The position numbers and the translations under genes were made by a program. The notes beneath the pieces are model-generated. The model was not told where the DNA came from, searched no databases, and saw only the letters and a list, made by a program, of their open reading frames with translations. A stretch of DNA of 39,297 nt from an uncultured Clostridium sp. (lineage in GTDB: Bacteria > Bacillota > Clostridia > Christensenellales > CAG-138): contig CAYPXV010000003.1 in NCBI GenBank assembly GCA_964414925.1, forward strand, positions 1 to 39,297, written 5' to 3'. Below, one piece after another: positions 8,864-17,488 of this stretch (position 1 is its first letter; each line of letters opens with the position of its first letter).

Positions 8864-10210
8864 ATGCTGAAAAAGTTTTCTAAGATTATAATAGCTTTCG
8901 TCCTGCTTCTGTCATTCTTGCTTTGCGTAACGGTCAGTTTTGCCGATAAAGCGGAATACACTTCCGAGCTTGACGCAACTCTTACCAGACTTAAAGGTTC
9001 AAAACCGCAGTTCGGTTCGATAGGCGGTGAATGGAAGGTCTTTGCGCTTGCAAGGAGCGGTCGCATTGATAAAGATTCAAAGTTTGTTTCCGATTATCTT
9101 TCTTCAATAGAAGATATGCTCAGGAATAATGGAGATCCTAAACTTGACCCGAGAAAGCCGAGTGAGAATTCAAGACTCATAATTGCTTTGTCAAGCCTGG
9201 GTTATGATGCAACCGATGTCGCCGGTTTTGACTTGACTCAGCCACTTAAAGAAATCGACTTTGTCCGTAAGCAGGGTATAACAGGTGTTATATATGCGCT
9301 CATTGCTCTCGATTGTAAAAGCGAATATGCGACAACCTCGTATAAAAAACAACTCGTTGATTTTATTGTAAATGCGGAAATTAACGGTGGTGGATGGGCG
9401 ATGGGCGGCAATGTGCCCGATCCCGATATTACCGCTGCGGCAATATACGCTATTGCCGACTATTCATCTGCTAAATCTGCGGTTAATCGAGGTGTAAATA
9501 TCCTTTCGGAAATCCAATGCGATAACGGTGCTTTCCAAAGCTATGGCAATATCAATTCCGAAAGTTGCTCACAGGTTCTTGTAGCTTTGAGTACGGTCGG
9601 AATAGATGCATCGTCGGATTCGAGATTTATTAAAAACGGTTGTTCATTACTTGATGCACTGCTCTCATTCTTTACCGGTGACGGCTTTGCACATCTGTAT
9701 GGCGGTTCGGTTAACCAGATGGCAAGCGAGCAAGCAGCGTATGCGTTATGTGCTTACAACAGAATGGTAAAACATAAAACCAATCTGTACGACATGTCCG
9801 ATGTCTGGAGCGCATCTTCACCAACTCCGACTAAGACGCCGAAACCGACCGCAACACTTAAACCGACAGCGACTCCGATAGTGACTTCGACTCCGACAGC
9901 GCCCCCCGCCTCAACTCCTGTTGAGACAACAAGACTTGACAGTAATACCGAGAAGCCTTCGCTTACACCGTCGGTTGATTCTACATCAACACCCGAAGCT
10001 ACATTCGAATTTGTGACGGAAACGATCACAACTGATGAAGAAACGCCGTCACCGACAGCGCAAACCGATACGGTTGAGCCGACTGTTATTACAACGGAAG
10101 AACCTGTCGGCGGAAAGGAAGCAAATGCAAAATGGCTCTTGCCGCTGTGTTTGATTGCTGCCGTTTTGGTAGGTATTACGGTGTTTGTTTCGATTAGGAG
10201 GAAATCTTGA
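8864..10210 (+). CDS. Cell-surface alpha/alpha-toroid (prenyltransferase/terpene-cyclase-like repeat) protein with a Pro/Thr linker and a C-terminal TM anchor
   Basis: Signal peptide MLKKFSKIIIAFVLLLSFLLCVTVSFA. Repeats such as NGGGWAMGGNVPDPDITAAAIYAI and QCDNGAFQSYGNINSESCSQVLVAL are typical of squalene-cyclase/prenyltransferase-type toroids. The PT/ST-rich linker lies at about nt 9815-10110. The terminal WLLPLCLIAAVLVGITVFVSIRRKS is a TM helix with a basic tail and no LPXTG. I prefer the ATG at 8864 to the ORF-track TTG at 8855, but no obvious SD precedes it. Confidence 0.75.
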   Translation: MLKKFSKIIIAFVLLLSFLLCVTVSFADKAEYTSELDATLTRLKGSKPQFGSIGGEWKVFALARSGRIDKDSKFVSDYLSSIEDMLRNNGDPKLDPRKPSENSRLIIALSSLGYDATDVAGFDLTQPLKEIDFVRKQGITGVIYALIALDCKSEYATTSYKKQLVDFIVNAEINGGGWAMGGNVPDPDITAAAIYAIADYSSAKSAVNRGVNILSEIQCDNGAFQSYGNINSESCSQVLVALSTVGIDASSDSRFIKNGCSLLDALLSFFTGDGFAHLYGGSVNQMASEQAAYALCAYNRMVKHKTNLYDMSDVWSASSPTPTKTPKPTATLKPTATPIVTSTPTAPPASTPVETTRLDSNTEKPSLTPSVDSTSTPEATFEFVTETITTDEETPSPTAQTDTVEPTVITTEEPVGGKEANAKWLLPLCLIAAVLVGITVFVSIRRKS

Positions 10211-10695
10211 AAAGAATTTCTTGCTTGATATTAACAATCTTTTTCTTGTTTGCATGCTTAACCGCTTGTGATGTAGGAAAAGAAGAAAACGGTCTTACCT
10301 GCACTCTATATATCGAATGTAAGACAGCACTGAACTATGAGGAACTGGACCCCGAAATTAGGGAAATAATCCCGGATGACGGAATTATTATTCAACAAAG
10401 CACCGTTGCTTTTGATGAAGGAGAGTCCGTTTATGATGTTCTCGTCAGAGAATGTAAAGAAAGAGGAATACACATGGAGGCATCATATACCCCGGTGTAT
10501 AACAGTGCTTATATAGAAGGCATCAATAACCTCTATGAGTTTGATTGCGGAAGCTTAAGCGGATGGACGTATTGTGTTAATTCCGTCTTTCCGAATTACG
10601 GATGCAGTAATTACTTTCTTTCTGACGGAGACTGCATAGAATTTCACTACACTTGCGACTTAGGTCGTGATGTCGGTTGTGTTTTTGAGGAGTAA
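10207..10695 (+). CDS. DUF4430-domain lipoprotein (putative corrinoid-binding)
   Basis: TTG start 5 nt after AGGAGG, overlapping the upstream TGA. The lipobox is L-T-A-C (Cys21). The body matches DUF4430, including GWTYCVNSVFPNYGCSNYFLSDGDCIEFHYT. Confidence 0.8.
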   Translation: MKRISCLILTIFFLFACLTACDVGKEENGLTCTLYIECKTALNYEELDPEIREIIPDDGIIIQQSTVAFDEGESVYDVLVRECKERGIHMEASYTPVYNSAYIEGINNLYEFDCGSLSGWTYCVNSVFPNYGCSNYFLSDGDCIEFHYTCDLGRDVGCVFEE

Positions 10696-10703
10696 AAGTA
10701 AGT

Positions 10704-11585
10704 ATGAGACGAGATGCATTTGATGATGTACATCCCTTTATTGCGTTTGCTTTTTTCGCTTACGCAATTTTAGTGACGACTCTTTTTATGCATCCCGTCT
10801 TTATTATCGCTTCATTCCTTATCGGGATTAGCTGGTCTTTTATCCTTGTCGGTAGAAAAACATTGAACTTACTGGTTAAGTTTATTCTGCCGGTTACAAT
10901 TATTATTGCGATTATTAATCCTTTGTTTAATCATAAGGGTTTGACTATTCTTTTTTATCTTAAAGATAATCCGATAACACTTGAATCCATTATCTATGCC
11001 CTCGTAGCATCTGCAATGTTTGCATCCGTCATTATTTGGTTTTCATGCTTTAATGAAATAATCAAAAGTGAAAAGATAATCTACATATTCGGTAAAACCT
11101 TGCCGTCGATTTCCTTGCTGATTATGCTTGTACTCAGATTCGTACCGCTTTATAAACGCCAAGCTCAAAAGATAGCTTTATCTATGCGTGCAAGAGGGTG
11201 CGATACGGAAGGCGGCAACGTCATCAAGCGTGCCAAAACAGGTTTGAACATACTTCTGGCTCTTATAACCTGGGGGCTTGAAAGCTCTGTAACTACAGCC
11301 GACTCCATGAGGTCAAGAGGTCATGGATTGCATGGCAGAACTTTTTATTCCGATTATCGTTTGGATAAGAGAGATATCGTAATTGTGATTTGTATGCTGT
11401 TAGGTGGGATAACCGCAGTATACGGCATTGCAACAGGCTCCGTGTTCGTTAAGTTCTATCCGCTGTTTAAAATGAATGAATGGGACTTCACAACACTCCT
11501 TTATTCTGCAATACATGCGCTTGTTCTTTTTATTCCGATTATTTTAAATGTTATTGAGGCTACAAGATGGAAATACTCAAAATAA
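10704..11585 (+). CDS. ecfT: ECF transporter transmembrane (T) component, EcfT/CbiQ family
   Basis: Polytopic membrane protein with the two coupling-helix Arg motifs MRARG and MRSRG, in the spacing typical of EcfT/CbiQ. Confidence 0.85.
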   Translation: MRRDAFDDVHPFIAFAFFAYAILVTTLFMHPVFIIASFLIGISWSFILVGRKTLNLLVKFILPVTIIIAIINPLFNHKGLTILFYLKDNPITLESIIYALVASAMFASVIIWFSCFNEIIKSEKIIYIFGKTLPSISLLIMLVLRFVPLYKRQAQKIALSMRARGCDTEGGNVIKRAKTGLNILLALITWGLESSVTTADSMRSRGHGLHGRTFYSDYRLDKRDIVIVICMLLGGITAVYGIATGSVFVKFYPLFKMNEWDFTTLLYSAIHALVLFIPIILNVIEATRWKYSK

Positions 11586-13216
11586 ACGATTTAAGTTTTT
11601 CATATTCAACCGAAAAAAACGGCAGACAGGCTCTTTCACATATAAACCTTTCCATAGACGAAGGTCAGTTCGTGCTTGTATGCGGCTCGTCGGGATGCGG
11701 TAAATCGACTTTACTTAAACAGATTAAGCCTTCGTTAAGACCCTATGGTAAGCTTGACGGTTCGATATTGCTTGACGAAAAAAACGTGGATGAATTGTCC
11801 TTCCGCCAACAATCGGAATTAATCGGCTTTGTGATGCAGGATCCCGAGATGCAGATAGTTACGGATAAGGTCTTTCATGAACTTGCCTTCGGTTTGGAAA
11901 ATTTGGGAGTAGATAATACTCAAATGCATATTCGCATTGCGGAAACGGTTAATTATTTCGGGATTCAGAACATAATTAACAATGATACTTCGGAATTATC
12001 AGGTGGGCAAAAACAAATCGTCTGCCTGGCGGGTATTATGGCAATGCAGCCTAAAATTCTGCTGTTGGATGAACCCACTTCTCAGCTTGACCCGATTGCG
12101 GCAAGTGAATTTATTTCCGCATTAAAGCGAATTAACGAGGAATTGGGGACTACAATTATCATTACAGAACATAGATATGAGAGCCTGTTTCCTGTGGCAG
12201 ACAGAGTGGTTTTTATGGAAAACGGACAAATAATCTCCGACAGTAAACCGCAAAATTCGGTAATGAAGCTTATTAATAAGCCCGAATACATAGAGATATT
12301 GCCGACAACATTAAGATTGTATGCAGCAACATCCGATTTAACGGGCGATGCTCCGTTAACGGTGCGTGATGGAAGAAATTATTTGCGTACTTTCGCCAAA
12401 ACCGAGGCTAAATCATGTGCATTAAAAATAAAAAACCCGGATAAACAAACCCCGATTCTTTCGGCAAAAGATGTTTATTTCAAATATGATGCCTCAGGAA
12501 AAGACGTACTGAGAAGTTTTAATTTCGATGTTTTTCAGGGAGAACTTATGTGCATTATAGGTGCAAACGGTTCGGGGAAAACAACCGCAATAATGACAGC
12601 GTCCGGTTTATACACTCCGTACAGAGGTAAGGTCAGTTTCAAAGGTAAGAATATGCGTACCTACAAGAAAACGGAACTTTACGGAAAACAGATTGCTCTG
12701 CTGGTTCAAAATCCGATTTGTACCTTTGTTCATGATACGGTGATTGAGGAACTTGAAGATGTGTGTAAGAATTTCTCGATACCAAAACAAAGACTGAATG
12801 AAGTTATAGAACTGATGGAGCTTGAGAATATTCTTGACAAGCATCCTTATGACGTTAGCGGAGGAGAAATTCAGCGTGCGGCTATAGCGGCTTTGCTTTT
12901 GCCGAGTCCGGAAGTTATCTTCTTGGATGAAGCAACAAAGGGAATGGATGGTTTTTTTAAGAAGAAATTCGGTGCTTTTTTAAAGAAAATAACTGCCGCC
13001 GGTACTGCCGTCGTTTTGGTTTCCCATGATATAGAGTTTTGTGCGGAATATGCGGATAGGTGCGCAATGTTTTTTGACGGAACAATTACCGCACAGGGAC
13101 TACCTGAACAAACTTTACTGAATAACAGCTTCTATACGACAACCGCAAATAGGTTATCTCGAGAAGTTATTTCTGCGGTTTTGACTACCGAGGAATTAAT
13201 CGATAGTGTGAAGTGA
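11567..13216 (+). CDS. Fused tandem ECF/ABC ATPase (EcfA-EcfA')
   Basis: Two nucleotide-binding domains. NBD1 has GSSGCGKST, LSGGQKQ and LLLDEPTS. NBD2 has GANGSGKTT, VSGGEIQ and IFLDEATK. It overlaps the ecfT end by 19 nt. Confidence 0.9.
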   Translation: MEILKINDLSFSYSTEKNGRQALSHINLSIDEGQFVLVCGSSGCGKSTLLKQIKPSLRPYGKLDGSILLDEKNVDELSFRQQSELIGFVMQDPEMQIVTDKVFHELAFGLENLGVDNTQMHIRIAETVNYFGIQNIINNDTSELSGGQKQIVCLAGIMAMQPKILLLDEPTSQLDPIAASEFISALKRINEELGTTIIITEHRYESLFPVADRVVFMENGQIISDSKPQNSVMKLINKPEYIEILPTTLRLYAATSDLTGDAPLTVRDGRNYLRTFAKTEAKSCALKIKNPDKQTPILSAKDVYFKYDASGKDVLRSFNFDVFQGELMCIIGANGSGKTTAIMTASGLYTPYRGKVSFKGKNMRTYKKTELYGKQIALLVQNPICTFVHDTVIEELEDVCKNFSIPKQRLNEVIELMELENILDKHPYDVSGGEIQRAAIAALLLPSPEVIFLDEATKGMDGFFKKKFGAFLKKITAAGTAVVLVSHDIEFCAEYADRCAMFFDGTITAQGLPEQTLLNNSFYTTTANRLSREVISAVLTTEELIDSVK

Positions 13217-13959
13217 GCATTATGAACGGCAATAAATTTTTTAAGCTGATACAAAATAATAAAAACAGATTGATATCGACGTTGCTATTTGTCATAATTG
13301 TTCCGTGCTTAATAGCACTCGGAATAGTTGTTTGGGATGATAGGCATTACTATATAGTCTCCGCAATTATTATAATAGCTGCGCTCGTTCCGTTTACTCT
13401 GCTTTTTGAAAAAAGAAAACCTAAAACACGAGAATTGGTTCTTATTGCCGTCATGACAACTCTGGGCGTAGTAGGTAGGGTTGCTTTTTATATGTTGCCC
13501 CAGTTTAAACCTGTCACTGCAATAGTCATTATTACGGGTGCTGCATTTGGAGGCGAGGCAGGTTTTGTGACAGGTGCATTGACTGCTTTCATTTCCAATA
13601 TGTTTTTCGGTCAAGGTCCGTGGACTCCCTGGCAAATGTTTGCATTCGGAATAATCGGATTTTTATCAGGATTGATTTTTTATAAGAAATCGGAAAAGAT
13701 AAATATCATGCAGTTGGTAGTGTTCGGAGCATTGGCAACGTTGATTATTTACGGAGCGATTATGGACACTTCATCCCTTTTTTCGATGAGCGATGAGGTG
13801 TCTTTTAAGGCATTATTGAGCCTTTTTGCTTCGGGTTTTATAATGAATGTAATTCATGCTCTTTCAACCGTAGTCTTTTTATTGCTTTTATCTAAGCCGC
13901 TACTGAAAAAGCTTCAAAGGATAAAAATTAAATACGGAATATTGAGCCCAAACGATTAA
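13213..13959 (+). CDS. ECF transporter substrate-capture (S) component, candidate corrinoid-specific (CbrT-like role)
   Basis: A small membrane protein of 6-7 TM helices, with an S-component-like core (GRVAFYMLPQFKPVTAIVIITGAAFG...GPWTPWQMFAFG). It is translationally coupled to the ATPase (GTG 13213 overlaps the TGA; alternative ATG at 13222). Substrate specificity is inferred only from the riboswitch context. Confidence 0.65.
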   Translation: MSIMNGNKFFKLIQNNKNRLISTLLFVIIVPCLIALGIVVWDDRHYYIVSAIIIIAALVPFTLLFEKRKPKTRELVLIAVMTTLGVVGRVAFYMLPQFKPVTAIVIITGAAFGGEAGFVTGALTAFISNMFFGQGPWTPWQMFAFGIIGFLSGLIFYKKSEKINIMQLVVFGALATLIIYGAIMDTSSLFSMSDEVSFKALLSLFASGFIMNVIHALSTVVFLLLLSKPLLKKLQRIKIKYGILSPND

Positions 13960-13967
13960 ATTAAAGC

Positions 13968-13996
13968 TTGAAGAATTGTGTAACATGGGATATAAT
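13968..13996 (+). promoter_or_regulatory. Candidate promoter of the GT2 gene (TTGAAG-17-TATAAT)
   Basis: Hexamers read directly, about 50 nt upstream of the AGGAGG-ATG at 14046. Confidence 0.55.
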
Positions 13997-14045
13997 GAAT
14001 ACGGTGAAAACCGTTGATTTCATTATTTTGTTGTTAGGAGGAAAG

Positions 14046-14975
14046 ATGGAAAAGTTGCTTTCGCTGATTGTCCCCGTTTATAACGAGGAAGAAGTTCTTG
14101 AAGTTTCGTTCCAAAAGATGGATGCGGAAATGAAAAAAATAGGCTATCCATACGAAATTATCTATGTAAATGATGGAAGTCATGACGGCTCGATGAAAAT
14201 CCTTCGCAAAATCGCCAAGGATAATAAGCATGTAAAGGTTCGTTCTTTCAGTAGAAATTTCGGACACCAGACAGCTGTAACCTGCGGAATGGATGCCGCA
14301 AAGGGTGATGCTCTGATTATCATTGACGTTGATTTGCAAGATCCGCCGGAAGTCATTGCCGATATGGTTAAAGCATGGGAAAATGGTGCCGATATCGCTT
14401 ACGGTAAACGCTTAAAGCGAAAAGGGGAGACCTTGTTCAAAAAATTTACCGCCTTTTGCTATTACCGTCTGCTTAAAGCTATGAGTACAAACGCAATTCC
14501 GCTCGATACAGGCGACTTCCGTTTGATCGACAGAAAGGTTGCGGATGTATTTTTGAAAATGCGTGAGCATAACAGATTCCTTCGCGGAATGAGCGGTTGG
14601 ATGGGCTTTGAAGCTGTTCCCGTTGAATATGTAAGAAATGAACGTTATGCAGGTAAAACGAAATACACATTAAAGAAAATGCTTCGCCTTGCCATGGACG
14701 GAATTATCGGATTCAGCGACAGACCGTTGACCCTTTGTGCAGGATTCGGCGCATCCGTACTTGCCATAGGCGGTTTGGGATTGCTTACTTTGATAGTTCT
14801 TGCTTGTTGTGCCGTTAATTTTCCCGTATGGCTCTGGGCTTTGGACGGTATAATAATTTTACAGGCTATGCTGTTCATCTTTTTGGGAATACAAGGCTCA
14901 TATATGAATCGTATGTATGATGAATTGAAGAACCGTCCGCTCTATATCGTTGCGGAAGAACTTAACGTCGATTGA
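14046..14975 (+). CDS. Family 2 glycosyltransferase, polyprenyl-phosphate sugar transferase type (GtrB/DPM1-like)
   Basis: Starts MEKLLSLIVPVYNEEE. It has the DGSHDGS and DVDLQD (DXD) motifs and two C-terminal TM helices. AGGAGG RBS. The ORF-track start at 13968 lies in the promoter. Confidence 0.85.
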   Translation: MEKLLSLIVPVYNEEEVLEVSFQKMDAEMKKIGYPYEIIYVNDGSHDGSMKILRKIAKDNKHVKVRSFSRNFGHQTAVTCGMDAAKGDALIIIDVDLQDPPEVIADMVKAWENGADIAYGKRLKRKGETLFKKFTAFCYYRLLKAMSTNAIPLDTGDFRLIDRKVADVFLKMREHNRFLRGMSGWMGFEAVPVEYVRNERYAGKTKYTLKKMLRLAMDGIIGFSDRPLTLCAGFGASVLAIGGLGLLTLIVLACCAVNFPVWLWALDGIIILQAMLFIFLGIQGSYMNRMYDELKNRPLYIVAEELNVD

Positions 14976-15015
14976 TTTAACCGTTCCATAGAATTAAATA
15001 TCTCAAATTATATAG

Positions 15016-15043
15016 TTGAGTTTTGAGAATAATAAGCTATAAT
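15016..15043 (+). promoter_or_regulatory. Candidate gap promoter (TTGAGT-16-TATAAT)
   Basis: Hexamers read directly upstream of the AGGAGG RBS. Confidence 0.4.
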
Positions 15044-15067
15044 GGTTAAAGAAGAAAAAATCCGTAG

Positions 15068-16108
<1,041 letters not shown>

Positions 16109-16122
16109 AATTTGATTTCAGA

Positions 16123-16168
16123 GTCTGTCGCCGCAGTTAATTCGTTTTACGGTGACAGATTCTTTTTT
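16123..16168 (+). terminator. Intrinsic terminator after gap
   Basis: TCTGTCGCCG (16124-16133) pairs with CGGTGACAGA (16150-16159), followed by TTCTTTTTT. Confidence 0.75.
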
Positions 16169-16205
16169 ATTCTTTAAACATTGAATAATCAAAAGGAGAT
16201 AAACG

Positions 16206-17429
16206 ATGCCGAGAAATTTTACCAAAGCTTTTGTAAATGAAAGAGCAGAACAGGCGGTTAAACACGGTCATCCTTGGGTTTTTGCCGAAAAAATTATTTC
16301 CGTAGAAGGTGAATATGCCAACGGAGATTTGGTAGATGTATATAGCAGAAAGAAACGTTTCCTCGGAACAGGATTTATAAACGATAATTCAGCAATACGT
16401 ATCAGAATCCTTTCACGAAATGCAAACGATAAGTTCGATTATGATTTTTTTCGCAGACGAATTAAATATGCGGTGGACTATCGTAAAACCGTTATGGACG
16501 CTGATTTCGATTATTGTCGTCTCATCTTCGGAGAAGCTGATTCTTTCCCCGGGCTAACGGTTGATAAATACGGTGATGTTTTAGTGACTCAGGTTTTATC
16601 ATTGGGCATTGAAAGAATTAAAAACGTCGTGTTTCCCGCATTGATAGATGTTTTAGGTGAGTACGGCGTTAAGGTTCGTGCATTGCTGGAACGTAACGAT
16701 GTTGATATAAGGGAAAAAGAGGGATTGACCCAATACAAGAGCTTCTACCGTTTCGGTGATTTGATTGAGCTGTCCGACACTGAAATAGAAGTAGTTGAAA
16801 ACGGTATTAAATACAATGTGGATATCCTAAACGGTCAAAAAACAGGATTTTTCCTTGACCAAAAGTATAATAGAGTCGCCGCAGCAAAGATAGCCGAAGA
16901 TAAACGTGTTTTAGACTGCTTTACACATACAGGGGCTTTTGCACTGAATGCCGCCGCACATGGCGCAGCTCATGTTACCGCTGTTGATATTTCTGCCGAT
17001 GCAATAGAACTATGCAGAAGAAATGCAAAACTGAATCAGCTTGATTCAAAGATGAGCTTTGTATGCAAAGATGTTTTTGATCTTTTGACGGAACTTGAAC
17101 AACAGCCGAGGTTCGATTACGATTATGTCATTCTTGATCCACCTGCTTTTACCAAGAGCAGAGATACCGTCTCAAATGCAATTAAGGGCTATAAAGCAAT
17201 TAATGCTAAGGCTATGAAGTTATTACCGCGCGGAGGTTATCTTGCAACCTGTTCGTGTTCGCATTTTATGACAGATGAGCTTTTCAGACAGATGTTGTCC
17301 AATGCTGCGGAAGATGCAGGAGTCCAGCTCAGGCAGATAGAGGCAAGACAGCAGGCTCCCGACCATCCTATCGTTTGGAATATTCCCGAAACCAATTACT
17401 TGAAATTTTATATCTTTCAAGTTGTTTAA
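16206..17429 (+). CDS. rlmI: Class I SAM-dependent rRNA m5C methyltransferase, RlmI/RlmK-like (PUA + MTase)
   Basis: N-terminal PUA-like region, the SAM motif VLDCFTHTGAFAL and the catalytic ILDPPAF...CSCS arrangement typical of RlmI-type enzymes. Confidence 0.75.
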   Translation: MPRNFTKAFVNERAEQAVKHGHPWVFAEKIISVEGEYANGDLVDVYSRKKRFLGTGFINDNSAIRIRILSRNANDKFDYDFFRRRIKYAVDYRKTVMDADFDYCRLIFGEADSFPGLTVDKYGDVLVTQVLSLGIERIKNVVFPALIDVLGEYGVKVRALLERNDVDIREKEGLTQYKSFYRFGDLIELSDTEIEVVENGIKYNVDILNGQKTGFFLDQKYNRVAAAKIAEDKRVLDCFTHTGAFALNAAAHGAAHVTAVDISADAIELCRRNAKLNQLDSKMSFVCKDVFDLLTELEQQPRFDYDYVILDPPAFTKSRDTVSNAIKGYKAINAKAMKLLPRGGYLATCSCSHFMTDELFRQMLSNAAEDAGVQLRQIEARQQAPDHPIVWNIPETNYLKFYIFQVV

Positions 17430-17438
17430 AACGTATCA

Positions 17439-17488
17439 AGACCCTATAATGTCACGATTTTTTTCGTCATTATAGGGTCTGATTTTTA
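17439..17488. terminator. Shared hairpin terminator between convergent rlmI and the topoisomerase gene
   Basis: A 13-bp perfect stem: AGACCCTATAATG (17439-17451) pairs with CATTATAGGGTCT (17468-17480). A T-run follows on the plus strand. Confidence 0.75.

Noticed and set aside
8587-9066. A 159-aa antisense ORF across the junction of the first two riboswitch-locus genes.
   Set aside because: It is a shadow ORF opposite two signal-peptide/dockerin-encoding regions and runs through the terminator hairpin.
9815-10110. A repetitive CCGAC/ACNCC-rich DNA stretch that superficially resembles a tandem repeat array.
   Set aside because: It is in frame within the 8864-10210 CDS and encodes a Pro/Thr/Ser-rich stalk (PTPTKTPKPTATLKPTATP...). 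The repeats are imperfect and of codon-level periodicity. It is not a CRISPR array or a VNTR-like intergenic repeat.
10100-10210. A possible sortase (LPXTG) sorting signal at the C-terminus of the toroid protein.
   Set aside because: A hydrophobic helix plus an RRKS tail is present, but no LPXTG-like or other recognisable sortase motif precedes it. I called it a C-terminal TM anchor instead.
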